From assembly GCA_020696385.1 (NCBI GenBank), contig JAEHCQ010000007.1:32001-96000 (forward strand): DNA of 64,000 bases. The letters run 5' to 3'. The stretch comes from Methanobacteriota archaeon (GTDB lineage Archaea; Thermoplasmatota; Thermoplasmata; SG8-5; JAGLSY01). Made by a program: the position numbers and the translations under genes. Positions 46,952-57,454 of the stretch are shown here, piece by piece. The notes under the pieces are model-generated. The model was not told the DNA's origin. It ran no database searches and saw only the letters and a program-made list of their open reading frames with translations. Each line of letters opens with the position of its first letter. The first letter of the stretch is position 1.

Positions 46952-49024
46952 TCACCCCTCATAAAAGAACTTCAATTCCTCTTCGATATTCTTCATGTTC
47001 CTCATGCTCAGATCTTCAGGGAAATAATTCCTGTACTTCTGATATCCAAACCTCTTGTCCAGCAGGATGATCGCCGCCCTATCTGTTTCAGATCTGATAC
47101 ACCTGCCCATTGACTGGAGAACGCGATTGATGGCCGGGGACGTGTAGCCATAAGCTCGCCCATTACCCCTGCCGAATTTCGTATCATAATAATCGATAAG
47201 CTGGCTTTGCTCCAGAGATGGAGGGGCGAAAGGCACTCCGACTATCATGACAGAATTGAGAAGATTGTCCTTGTAATCGATTCCTTCAGAAAGAGATCCG
47301 CCCATCACTCCGAGCAGAAGGCCACCCCAGGTGGATTTTAGATCGATAAGGGTATCCAGCATCCGTCTTTTCTGCGCCTTGTTCGAGGTCTGGGATTCTG
47401 CCAATATCTCTTTATCGGTTTCGATGCGGAAGCGAATTTCCTTCAGCATACTATAAGATGGGAAGAAGACCGCGACATTGCCAGGTATCACCTTGCAGGC
47501 CTTGCCAATGTGCTTCGCGATGCGCTCGTACATCGCATCAGATCTCTCATTGTAAAGAGTGGTGACATCATCCGCGACATATACTGGCCTATTGGCTGGC
47601 GGGAAGGGAGATGGATAGGTTCGAAGTATCTGAGAACCATTTTCAATTCCCAGGATATCTGCGAACATCTTTGTCGGAAATAGGGTTCCGCTCATTATGA
47701 TGCTAGAATGAAATTCCTTGAATATCGGAGCGGAAATAACCGATGGATCCAGTAGCCTGAAGTAAAGCTTTGATCCATCCTTCTGGCTTGATATCCTGAT
47801 CAGTCCCTCCAGATCCTGATTGTAACCCTCCAGAAACTCGCTCACAACAGCTGCGGAACTGCTCTGGCCCTTGACCATCCGGATCTCACCTATCTTTTTC
47901 AATTCCTTGATGAGCGAGTCAAGATCCATGGCTTCGAAAAGTGACTGGCCCATGATACCTTCTATTCTTGACAGGAAAACATCCTTATCGACAACTTCCT
48001 CTTTGCCAGGAGGAACCGCATCCAAGATCTTGCGTAATTCCTTCTTCATCATATTGAGTATGTGCGCGAGCTGTTGATTGGACATCTCGGATATGGCTTC
48101 CTGAAGCATGTTCGTGGTCAGACTTTGGGTGTAATAATTCCTTATTCTATCTGGTAGATTATGTGCCTCGTCAACTATCACGATGCACTCATCCAGTGAC
48201 TTGTCAAATGATTCGAGAATTGTTTCCCTAATATCCTGGTCGAAGATATAATTGTAATCGCAGATGATGACATTGGCATCGGCCGCGGCCTTCAATGCCA
48301 CCTTGTGAGGACAGGCTCGCTGACCCACAGCCACATCCTTCAATTCCTCAACATGAAGGATATTGGAATGTATCTGCCCTATCAGATCCTCATCTTCCGG
48401 AGCTTTGAAATAACTGCAGGTGCCTGTTTTCTGGCTGGTCCTGCATAGGAGCGTGAAGGCCGCATGAAATTCCTCAGAAATATCTCTGGGGCACATGGCC
48501 TGTTTTGAGATTATATCCACCACTTTTATCCTGGCATTGAAAATGGAATTGATCACCTTGAGAGTGTCAACCGCGATATAGTGCTGTGATTGTTTCGAGG
48601 TTAGGAAAAATACGACCTTGCCAGTCTTGAGAGATTCCGTGATCGCCGGTACAAGAGCAGCGGCGGTCTTTCCAATGCCAGTGGGAGCATAGGCAAGAAG
48701 GTGTTTATTCAATTTTATGGCCGTGCTGGCATCCTTGATGAATTGTGCCTGTCCATCTCTGGCTGTAGGGTGTGGAAAATATGGAATGGTGGGATGCTTG
48801 GCATGAGCTTCGGTCATTTTAGGAGACGAAGCGAAGGATGGATCTTTCTTCTTGAGTTGGTCAAAAGATATTATCTCGGCAGGAGGAGATGAGGCTCTGC
48901 GACCAGGTTGGCTGGCCTGGCCGCCACTTGTTTGTCGACTACATTTTGGACAAATGGTCTCTTTCGTTCCACCCCTTTTTCGTATCTTCATCAGGGTTCC
49001 ACAGCTACCACAGAACATGGACAT
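46952..49024 (-). CDS. XPD/Rad3-family Fe-S DNA helicase with an N-terminal Zn ribbon
   Basis: Motifs APTGIGKT, Fe-S Cys residues (MCP, LLC, GTC, ACP), DEAH, SGT, FFPSY, SEGIDY and Q.MGRCIRS. Confidence 0.93.
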   Translation of the reverse strand: MSMFCGSCGTLMKIRKRGGTKETICPKCSRQTSGGQASQPGRRASSPPAEIISFDQLKKKDPSFASSPKMTEAHAKHPTIPYFPHPTARDGQAQFIKDASTAIKLNKHLLAYAPTGIGKTAAALVPAITESLKTGKVVFFLTSKQSQHYIAVDTLKVINSIFNARIKVVDIISKQAMCPRDISEEFHAAFTLLCRTSQKTGTCSYFKAPEDEDLIGQIHSNILHVEELKDVAVGQRACPHKVALKAAADANVIICDYNYIFDQDIRETILESFDKSLDECIVIVDEAHNLPDRIRNYYTQSLTTNMLQEAISEMSNQQLAHILNMMKKELRKILDAVPPGKEEVVDKDVFLSRIEGIMGQSLFEAMDLDSLIKELKKIGEIRMVKGQSSSAAVVSEFLEGYNQDLEGLIRISSQKDGSKLYFRLLDPSVISAPIFKEFHSSIIMSGTLFPTKMFADILGIENGSQILRTYPSPFPPANRPVYVADDVTTLYNERSDAMYERIAKHIGKACKVIPGNVAVFFPSYSMLKEIRFRIETDKEILAESQTSNKAQKRRMLDTLIDLKSTWGGLLLGVMGGSLSEGIDYKDNLLNSVMIVGVPFAPPSLEQSQLIDYYDTKFGRGNGRAYGYTSPAINRVLQSMGRCIRSETDRAAIILLDKRFGYQKYRNYFPEDLSMRNMKNIEEELKFFYEG

Positions 49025-49188
49025 TAAGGCGGTTCAAGAGCTTTGAGTATTAGAGGGCTTTCATGAGGTCGGTGAAAGTATTGATAGAAGCGGTAATTAA
49101 TAATAATAATTATAGGCAAATAATATATATGTAAGATTTATTGCATTGGTAATCCCAATATACCCCAAATCGTAAAGAGAGAAGAGCC

Positions 49189-52100
49189 ATGAAACATAAT
49201 TCATCCATAAAATCGAATGATATAGGATCTGCCAGGATACCTTCCTCCAAAGGCTTTACAAATGGCAATTCCGGCCATAACCATACTGGTTTCACCAACG
49301 GGAGTACAAAGGCACAGAAGAACATGACCAACATTGGTGGAATGACCAATGGTGTTCAGAGATCTGGCATGGTGAATGGCAGTGGGATGGTAAATGGTAG
49401 CGGGCTCGTTAATGGCAACGTTATGGTCAATGGAAATGGACTTGTGAACGGTAATGGTTTGGTAAATGGGAACGGACTCGTTAATGGCAACGGCATGGTC
49501 AATGGAAATGGGCTTGTGAACGGGAACGGTCTCGTCAATGGAACTGGCATGACAAATGGCCTCGTCGGCACTCCAAAGCTCAGTATAAACAATAAAGCAA
49601 TGGCTCCGAAGAAGACCTCTTATGTTCTTATCGTGGTCTTCTTACTGATGGTCACCTCGTCCTTCGCAGTATTGACATTCGATGATTCCATAGTGGGAAT
49701 GCGGGTCGATGGTGATTTCGCAGACTGGGATGATCAATACCTCATTTCAGACACAAATACAATATCGACAACCTCACTGGACATAGATGAATATGGGGTT
49801 TCGACCGATGATAATGGTGATATGTTCATCTATGCCAAGGCCAAGGGAACCTGGATGGGATCATCAGAAGCAGAGGGCTTGTTGGTCTTCATAGATTCAG
49901 ATGGTACGGAAAGCACTGGATACTCCATCGAAGGAATGGGTGCAGACCATGTACTTGAGGTATACGGTTGGGATGGCAAGATATCTGGCAGGCAATTCGG
50001 GACCTTCAATGGGGAGGACAGTGATGACTATACCTGGTCCTTCGGAAGTGCGAGAGGGGCCATAGGTGAAGAGCATCTGGAAGCAGGCATCCCAATTACA
50101 CCATCTGCAAATTATAAATTATTGTTCATGACCAAGTCTGGAGATGATATTGGCGAGATATGCCCGGCTCAGATATCTGAAGGAAAGGGATCTGTTGTTC
50201 TGAAGCAGACACCAGCAGATGTCAATGGAATAATATCAGCCAATAAATTAATGGATATTCAGGTAACGGCCTATGGAAAGGACGTTACTGTAAGCTCAAT
50301 TTCAATGAGCGATTCAGCAGCTAGTGTCTCAGGATTGCCTGTATCGATCAAAGCAGGCGAGACCATCACCCTGACAGCTGAAAAGACCACACCAGCAGCT
50401 GGAACACTGATGATGGCCAAGGTTAATGCCGTGGTGTGTGATGTTCCATATTCCATTACCGGAGAGGGGCTGAAGGCATATGCCTCTGCTGCCCCATCTA
50501 CAATAACGATCGATGGTGCATTCGCAGATTGGACGGGCATTAATAAGTCAGCAGATCCGGCAGGAGATGTGAGCAATCCAGGAATAGACATAGTGGAATT
50601 CGCTTCTGCAAACACGACCACCAATGCCTTCTTCTACCTCAGAACGGACGATGATGGCAAGATGATGGCAGGCTCCCAGGTACCATATAGCAGATACAAA
50701 CCGACACCATCTACCCAGCCAAGTACACCAAGTACCAATGGCTCTAGCCAGCCATCTACACCTTCAACACCCAAGAAACTTCCGAAGTTGAGTGGAGAGG
50801 ATGTTACAAGGATCTACATAGACACCATCCAAAGCATGGATCCATTGGATGGCATGGGAGCTGATTTCCTTATCGAGATAAAGGGAATGAGAGGAAAAGT
50901 GACGTCCAGCAAGCTTTACTCTTATCCTAATATGGAATTCATAAAGGATGTAAGTGCTGCAAGTGGAAAGCTGGAGCTGGAATCAGGGGTTGGCTTATCA
51001 GACATTCAATTCACAAATAACATTTCAATATATTTCGAATCAACAGACTGGCAAGGAAACTATGAGATCACCGAGATCATAGACTGCCAGGAATTACAAC
51101 AGGGGACTAGAGGAGATAGTGAAGCAGGGCCAAGTTATACGACCCCTTCCGGACTCAAGGGCCAATGGACCTTTAATGAGGGCTCCGGAGGCACAGCCTA
51201 TGATATCAGTGGCAATTATCACAATCTCACTTTATATAATACCGCAGACTGGGCTACTGGGCTCAATGATACTGGAGCGGTGTTTGACGGAGTGGCGAGT
51301 TTAATAGGCAATGATGAATTTCCAAGCTATACGGAGATATCCATCGGATACTGGGTACAGAATTCTACAGTGGGTATTCCCAATATTGCCAAGTACAATG
51401 ACACATGGGACTGGGGATATATCGACTACTACACAATGCTTACATCTGATAGCACAGGATACATCGCTTTCGGTGTCAATGCCACTGACAATGTGACAGT
51501 AGATAACCTGCCTGCTCTAGGCAGTGATTGGCGCCATATCATGATCACGGCCAGCAATATCAGTAAAGAGGTCGCGGTCTACTATGATGCAGTTCTTCAA
51601 GGATCCAAGACATTTACTGGAGATCTAAAAGAGATCGGAAATGGCTGGCTCATGGGCGGCTGGGATGAAGGGATGCCCAGTGATGGAACCATGGATGAAT
51701 GGAAGATATTCGATAATGTCCTTTCAGCAAGCCAGATAACCGCCGAGTATGAAGAGTTCCACCCAGATGCATATGCAGGTCCTGATCAGAATGTGGATGA
51801 AGACACTGTCATGTCATTCGATGGCTCTGGATCAACTGATAATGATGGTGTAACCAATTGGACCTGGACCTTCACAGATGATGGAGCCAAGACCATATAT
51901 GGGATCTCGCCATCCTATACCTTCAATACGCCTGGCACTTACAATGTCACCCTCACAGTGACCGATGCTTTCATGGGAAACACGGACGAGGACTGGGTAC
52001 ATATCACGGTATTGGATGCTACATCTCCAATAATTGAGGATACGACTATTGGTGCACCTATCAACAATGGCACCTTCAATATCACAGCTAAGATTACCGA

Positions 52101-55100
52101 CTTTTCATCCTTGGCAGTTACAGAGGTGTATTATTATGTCCTGACAGCAACTGGCTTCACCACTCCGATCACCATAGCGATGGAAGGCTCAGGGCCTTAT
52201 TACAAAGAGGTGGCTGTGCCAGAATTCGCCGAGGAATTGGTCTACAGCATAACAGCAACAGACATAGAGGCAAATACGGATTCAACTGCGCTGGAATGGG
52301 TATACGCGCAGTCCAATGATGACGATACATTCCTTTGGGAGGATATGAACCCAATACCAAGGCCTAACCCGAGATACTACCATGATATGGCCTATGACTC
52401 AACGAATGACAAGGTTGTTCTATTCGGAGGATACAGTGGAGGAGCTTTGGCGGACACCTGGGAATATGATTACAACACAAACACATGGTCAGGGCCATAT
52501 TATCCTGCATTGAGGCCGACCGCGAGATATTCACATGCCATGACATTTGATTCAGACAGGGACAAAGTGATATTGTTTGGCGGCTATAGCACCGATAATT
52601 ACATCTGGGAATATGATGTGACAACACATACCTGGGCCGGCCCGATCAACCCAGCCTATAAGCCTGCTTCGACCTATGATCATGAGCTGGTATATGACCC
52701 AATCAATGAGAAGGTGATCCTCTTTGGTGGAGTGCAGAGTGGTTCTCGCACTAATGCAGTATGGGAGTATTACCCAGCTACTCAACATTGGCAGGGACCC
52801 TATTATGGATCTCCCATACCCAGCCCACGGACCCAATACACAATGTCTTATGACTCAGTAGCTGAAAAGGTGATAATGTTTGGCGGAGATGATGGAGCCT
52901 TAGATCAGGAGACTTGGGAGTGGGACCCGACAGCACGCACCTGGAATGGACCATTGATACCAGCCACAAAGCCTAGTATCAGGCGTGATTCAGAGGTGGA
53001 GTACTTCACCTCTGAAGGAAAGCATGTCTTATTCGGGGGCCAGAGTAATAGCTTTGGGCCCCAGGAAACATGGGAATTCAATGAGAGGAATGACTCATGG
53101 GTAGGGCCTTTCATGCCGACAGTCAAGCCCAGCCTGAGATTGGCCCATGCGATGGTCTATGATTCAGAGAGCGACAGGATGATCCTCTTCAGTGGGTGGT
53201 GGAGTAGTATATACAGGCAAGAGACCTATGCAGGCTACTATGACAATCCACCAACAGCACTGGCAGGAGCAGACCAGACCAAGAACGAGGATATCCTGGT
53301 CGAATTGAATGCCACCGCATCCACAGATAACAATCAAATTGATAATTACACATGGTTCTTCAATGATAGTGGGATGCAGTACCTTTACGGTAATGTCACA
53401 AATTATACCTTCAGCACACCAGGAATCTATCAGGTGGCCTTGAACACTACCGATGATCTTGGCCAGTGGGATCTGGACTGGACCATCATCACGGTCCTGG
53501 ATGCCACGAACCCGATAGCGGATGCGGGTTCAGATCAGATCCTTTACGAAGATGTGGATGTCACCTTCAATGGCTCTGATTCAATGGACAATGTTGGCAT
53601 TACGAATTACACATGGACCTTTGATGATGGAAGCCCAAGAACACTGTACGGTATTGGGCCATCATACTCATTCCCTGTTACCACAAGTGTATATGTTGTG
53701 GAGCTCAATGTCACAGATGCAGAAGGCAACTGGCACACCAACACGATGACCGTCACAATAGATGATGTGAATACACCGGTCATCACCGACACTACCATTC
53801 TTTTCCCTGTGAACGATCAGAATTTCAATATCACAGCCGAGATAGAGGACTGGCTGCCTATTACAGCTCATGTGGAATATTATTTCGAGACCATCTCAGG
53901 TAACACGACCCTGACCAATGTCACAATGGACGTGGGTTCATTCTACAAGGAAATAGCAGTACCTGAATTTGCACAGGTACTTCATTACTCGATAAGAGCA
54001 GTTGACTCGGAAGGTAACTGGGCCAACACATCCACTGTTGACATGTATGCTCAATCATCGCCAGATTCAACTATCATATGGGAAGGACCATATAATCCAG
54101 CGCCCAAGCCAGGAGGCAGAAGATATGCGGCCATGGCATACGATGAGGCAAATGACAAGGTCGTGATGTTCGGTGGATATAGTGGGGTAAGCTCACTGAG
54201 CGACACCTGGGAGTTCGATACCAACACCATGACTTGGTCCGGGCCGTACAATCCAGTACCAAAACCGAACCCGAGGTATGGGGCAGAGATGGTGTATGAC
54301 CCAGTGAGCAATAGAATGATCATGTTCGGAGGAGCTTCAGTCGACAACTGGATATGGGAATACGATACCCTCAATCATACCTGGTCCAGCTATGTGCCCG
54401 CTTACAAGCCAGATCAGACATATTACCACAGGATGGTATATGATTCCGATAATGAAAAGGTCATTCTGTTTGGTGGTATAAGATTCGGATCACGAAGCAA
54501 CCAGATCTGGGAATATTTCCCAGATACCAAGCACTGGGAAGGGCCTATCATCCAAGGAGGCATATCCCCAAGGACAGAGTTCGCTATGAGCTATGATCCT
54601 ATAGCCAAAAAGGCGATCATATTCGGTGGATATGATGGATCCAATGACGAACAAACCTGGGAATATGACCCTGCCTCACGGACATCCACCCAGATACTCC
54701 CATCATGGAGGCCGAACCCAAAATACGGACAGTTCATGGTGTATGTGCCAGACAAGGCTAAGCATGTGATGTTCGGAGGTTTGGGATCTGCTACACAGGA
54801 AACATGGGAGTATGATGGTGTAACACACACATGGAATGGACCGATCATGCCAACACTTAAGCCTGGCAGTAGAGCATGCCACATGATGGCATACGACATT
54901 GAGAGTGAAAAGATCGTGCTATTCGGTGGCTTTGTGGGATCATATTATTCAGATACATGGGCTGGCTATTATGACAATCCACCAACAGCACTAGCTGGCT
55001 CAAACCAGACACAGGACGAGGATACTGTGGTCTTCTTCAATGGTTCATCCTCATTCGACAATGATGCTGTTACCAATTATACCTGGATCATCGATGATGG

Positions 55101-55335
55101 AGGATTGCAATACGTATATGGTGCTGAAGCCAACTACACATTTGCCACACCTGGCAGCTATATTGTGACACTCAATATCACTGATGGACAGGGCCAGTGG
55201 GATCTGGATTGGATCGAAGTCGAGGTATTGCTGGCTCCAGAATTCCCGGCTCCCCTGATACCCATATTGCTGATGATCAGTATTCCAATGCTGCTTCGTA
55301 GACGACGCAAGGACATGGAGGAGGTTCTCCCATGA
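49189..55335 (+). CDS. Giant surface protein: NG hexapeptide repeats, TM, DG.F.DW domains, LamG-like domain, PKD, two Kelch propellers and PEF-CTERM
   Basis: (NGLVNG)n repeats; DGDFADW and DGAFADW; W.FNEGSG.TA.D.SGN; AYD....V.LFGG...DTWEYD repeats; and PEFP followed by a TM helix and RRRRK. Confidence 0.9.
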   Translation: MKHNSSIKSNDIGSARIPSSKGFTNGNSGHNHTGFTNGSTKAQKNMTNIGGMTNGVQRSGMVNGSGMVNGSGLVNGNVMVNGNGLVNGNGLVNGNGLVNGNGMVNGNGLVNGNGLVNGTGMTNGLVGTPKLSINNKAMAPKKTSYVLIVVFLLMVTSSFAVLTFDDSIVGMRVDGDFADWDDQYLISDTNTISTTSLDIDEYGVSTDDNGDMFIYAKAKGTWMGSSEAEGLLVFIDSDGTESTGYSIEGMGADHVLEVYGWDGKISGRQFGTFNGEDSDDYTWSFGSARGAIGEEHLEAGIPITPSANYKLLFMTKSGDDIGEICPAQISEGKGSVVLKQTPADVNGIISANKLMDIQVTAYGKDVTVSSISMSDSAASVSGLPVSIKAGETITLTAEKTTPAAGTLMMAKVNAVVCDVPYSITGEGLKAYASAAPSTITIDGAFADWTGINKSADPAGDVSNPGIDIVEFASANTTTNAFFYLRTDDDGKMMAGSQVPYSRYKPTPSTQPSTPSTNGSSQPSTPSTPKKLPKLSGEDVTRIYIDTIQSMDPLDGMGADFLIEIKGMRGKVTSSKLYSYPNMEFIKDVSAASGKLELESGVGLSDIQFTNNISIYFESTDWQGNYEITEIIDCQELQQGTRGDSEAGPSYTTPSGLKGQWTFNEGSGGTAYDISGNYHNLTLYNTADWATGLNDTGAVFDGVASLIGNDEFPSYTEISIGYWVQNSTVGIPNIAKYNDTWDWGYIDYYTMLTSDSTGYIAFGVNATDNVTVDNLPALGSDWRHIMITASNISKEVAVYYDAVLQGSKTFTGDLKEIGNGWLMGGWDEGMPSDGTMDEWKIFDNVLSASQITAEYEEFHPDAYAGPDQNVDEDTVMSFDGSGSTDNDGVTNWTWTFTDDGAKTIYGISPSYTFNTPGTYNVTLTVTDAFMGNTDEDWVHITVLDATSPIIEDTTIGAPINNGTFNITAKITDFSSLAVTEVYYYVLTATGFTTPITIAMEGSGPYYKEVAVPEFAEELVYSITATDIEANTDSTALEWVYAQSNDDDTFLWEDMNPIPRPNPRYYHDMAYDSTNDKVVLFGGYSGGALADTWEYDYNTNTWSGPYYPALRPTARYSHAMTFDSDRDKVILFGGYSTDNYIWEYDVTTHTWAGPINPAYKPASTYDHELVYDPINEKVILFGGVQSGSRTNAVWEYYPATQHWQGPYYGSPIPSPRTQYTMSYDSVAEKVIMFGGDDGALDQETWEWDPTARTWNGPLIPATKPSIRRDSEVEYFTSEGKHVLFGGQSNSFGPQETWEFNERNDSWVGPFMPTVKPSLRLAHAMVYDSESDRMILFSGWWSSIYRQETYAGYYDNPPTALAGADQTKNEDILVELNATASTDNNQIDNYTWFFNDSGMQYLYGNVTNYTFSTPGIYQVALNTTDDLGQWDLDWTIITVLDATNPIADAGSDQILYEDVDVTFNGSDSMDNVGITNYTWTFDDGSPRTLYGIGPSYSFPVTTSVYVVELNVTDAEGNWHTNTMTVTIDDVNTPVITDTTILFPVNDQNFNITAEIEDWLPITAHVEYYFETISGNTTLTNVTMDVGSFYKEIAVPEFAQVLHYSIRAVDSEGNWANTSTVDMYAQSSPDSTIIWEGPYNPAPKPGGRRYAAMAYDEANDKVVMFGGYSGVSSLSDTWEFDTNTMTWSGPYNPVPKPNPRYGAEMVYDPVSNRMIMFGGASVDNWIWEYDTLNHTWSSYVPAYKPDQTYYHRMVYDSDNEKVILFGGIRFGSRSNQIWEYFPDTKHWEGPIIQGGISPRTEFAMSYDPIAKKAIIFGGYDGSNDEQTWEYDPASRTSTQILPSWRPNPKYGQFMVYVPDKAKHVMFGGLGSATQETWEYDGVTHTWNGPIMPTLKPGSRACHMMAYDIESEKIVLFGGFVGSYYSDTWAGYYDNPPTALAGSNQTQDEDTVVFFNGSSSFDNDAVTNYTWIIDDGGLQYVYGAEANYTFATPGSYIVTLNITDGQGQWDLDWIEVEVLLAPEFPAPLIPILLMISIPMLLRRRRKDMEEVLP

Positions 55336-56459
55336 GTCCAGAAGAAGCGATAATGGAGGAAGACCTGGCCGAGTGCCCCACCTGCGGAGAACTTATTCCA
55401 GAGGATGCTGGCAAGTGTCCAGAATGCGGCGAGGAATTCGATGAGGGCTTTGAGGAAGAGATGGAAGAAAAGACCCTTGAAGTTGCTGAGGTCAAAGAGA
55501 AGCCAAAAGCAAAGCCCAAGATGGAAAAGAAGTTCAAGAAAGAGAAGGATGATAAGAAGAAGTTCAAGGAAGATATCCAGAAGGAGAAAGAAATGGATAA
55601 GATGCCTGAAACTTCTGGTGTGAAATACACGCTTCTCATCATCGGAATCATATTCACCCTTATCGGAATGTTTGGAGTTGTAGGACTGCGAACTGGTATC
55701 GTGCAATCACTTTTGGGAGATGCCAGTGCATATCCCGGTATAGGATCTGTCGAGCCAACGGGACATATTGTTTCCATGATCCCATTCGCGCTAGGATTGG
55801 TCACCATATTCATATGGGGGATCAAGAACGAACCGCTCTATGTTGAGAAAGGAGAGCTGGTTGAAGAAGAGAAGGAAGATAAATTTTCCTTCGAGGATGA
55901 TGTTGATGAAGAAGATGTGAGTGTCCCAGAGCCTGTCAAAGATATACCAATTAAAGCTAGACCTCAACCACAGGTAGCTGAAAAACCAAAACCACATGTC
56001 TCAAAGGAGCCTGTCTCTAAACCACCCAGTGCGGAGATCGCGGATGTCTTGGATGAGATTGATGCGGAGATCGAAGCCGAGGATATAGAAGATATCGATG
56101 AACTAGATGGACTGGCAGAAAACCTTGCTGAAGAAGAGAGGAAGGAATCTTGCAGAGCCATGCTAATAGAAGCTATCGTACTTGACGAGGACAGAAAGGA
56201 ATTATCAAAGCAGATCCTGCTTGGGGCATCAGAGGATGCATTCAAAATAATGGTCAAAAAAGCTGAACAAAAGAAGATCAAGAAAGAGGGCGAGCTCAAG
56301 AAGCAGTATGAGAAGATGGATGCAGATGAGATCGGACAGAGCCTTGAGGACGAATTGGCTGCAGAGCTGGCATTGCTTGAAGAAGAGCTTGAAGAAGATG
56401 ACGAAGAGGACCTTGAAGAGAAAATCTTAAAAGAGATAGAGGACCTTGAGGATCTGTAG
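55332..56459 (+). CDS. Zn-ribbon, two-TM, highly acidic protein of unknown function
   Basis: CPTCG...CPECG, two hydrophobic segments and an E/D-rich tail. It has an ATGA overlap with the giant gene. Confidence 0.75.
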   Translation: MSPEEAIMEEDLAECPTCGELIPEDAGKCPECGEEFDEGFEEEMEEKTLEVAEVKEKPKAKPKMEKKFKKEKDDKKKFKEDIQKEKEMDKMPETSGVKYTLLIIGIIFTLIGMFGVVGLRTGIVQSLLGDASAYPGIGSVEPTGHIVSMIPFALGLVTIFIWGIKNEPLYVEKGELVEEEKEDKFSFEDDVDEEDVSVPEPVKDIPIKARPQPQVAEKPKPHVSKEPVSKPPSAEIADVLDEIDAEIEAEDIEDIDELDGLAENLAEEERKESCRAMLIEAIVLDEDRKELSKQILLGASEDAFKIMVKKAEQKKIKKEGELKKQYEKMDADEIGQSLEDELAAELALLEEELEEDDEEDLEEKILKEIEDLEDL

Positions 56460-56461
56460 GT

Positions 56462-56962
56462 GTGACATTGGCCCAGTTGAAATTGAGAAGAAGGCACAGA
56501 CTGAGACGCAAGGAGATAATCAAACTCAGTGATGAGATAAAGGACATTCTGGAATGCGAGACCTTCAATGAAGAAGATAATGTGGAAACTGCCAATGCTG
56601 GAGACAATGATCTTATTCTCTACAAGGGAGTTCCTTTCGGCATATACATCGATGAAAAGCCCTTTCTTTTGATAAGAGGCATACTCAAATTCATGCCAGA
56701 TAAGAAATGGATCACTGTCGATATGGGAGCTGTGAAATTCCTGGCCAATGGTGCGGATGTCATGTCCCCTGGCATCGTGGATGCGGATATGGGAATTGTT
56801 CCTGGAGAAGGCGTGTGGATAAGGGATGAAAGGAACAAGAAGCCACTGGCTGTCGGGATCGCCCAGATGCCAGCAGATGAAATGGTCAATACGAAAAGCG
56901 GTAAGGCGGTCAAGACCATCCATTATATCGGAGACAAGATCTGGAAACTGAGCGAGGAGTAG
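56462..56962 (+). CDS. PUA-domain RNA-binding protein (DUF1947/MCT-1-like)
   Basis: Motifs VDMGAVKFLANGADVMSPGI and GKAVK.IHY.GD.IW. Confidence 0.9.
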   Translation: MTLAQLKLRRRHRLRRKEIIKLSDEIKDILECETFNEEDNVETANAGDNDLILYKGVPFGIYIDEKPFLLIRGILKFMPDKKWITVDMGAVKFLANGADVMSPGIVDADMGIVPGEGVWIRDERNKKPLAVGIAQMPADEMVNTKSGKAVKTIHYIGDKIWKLSEE

Positions 56963-57058
56963 GCCCATTCATGCTCATTTATACTTAATCTATATATATT
57001 AAAAGGCTATGTAGCGGTCTACTCTGCCACAGGTACAGGTGAAACGGAGAGAATCAAT

Positions 57059-57454
57059 ATGGTTGAATTCAAAGCAAATATATCTGACCAGAAATCAGGA
57101 AAGTCCTATCAAAGGGAAATAAGCGGTCATCAGGCTAGCGCGCTTCTAGGTAAGAAGATCGGAGATACCGTAGATGGTATCTTCATGGAAATGCCTGGAT
57201 ACAAGCTGGAGATAACTGGCGGCAGCGATAAAGATGGTTTTAGCATGAGGAAGGACCTTCCAGGACCTCGCAGAAAGAAACTTCTTGTATCAAAGGGCAT
57301 TGGCTTCAATCCCAATAAGGACGGCGAGAGGAGAAGGAAGAATTACAGAGGAGATACGATATCTCCTGATATTGTCCAGCTCAACCTTAAGATCGCCAGA
57401 ATGGGTCCAAAGAAGGTTGAAGATCTGCTTGGCTCCCCTGAGGAGACAAAATGA
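57059..57454 (+). CDS. rps6e: 30S ribosomal protein S6e
   Basis: Motifs [28 protein letters not shown] and I.QLNLKI. Confidence 0.97.
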   Translation: MVEFKANISDQKSGKSYQREISGHQASALLGKKIGDTVDGIFMEMPGYKLEITGGSDKDGFSMRKDLPGPRRKKLLVSKGIGFNPNKDGERRRKNYRGDTISPDIVQLNLKIARMGPKKVEDLLGSPEETK

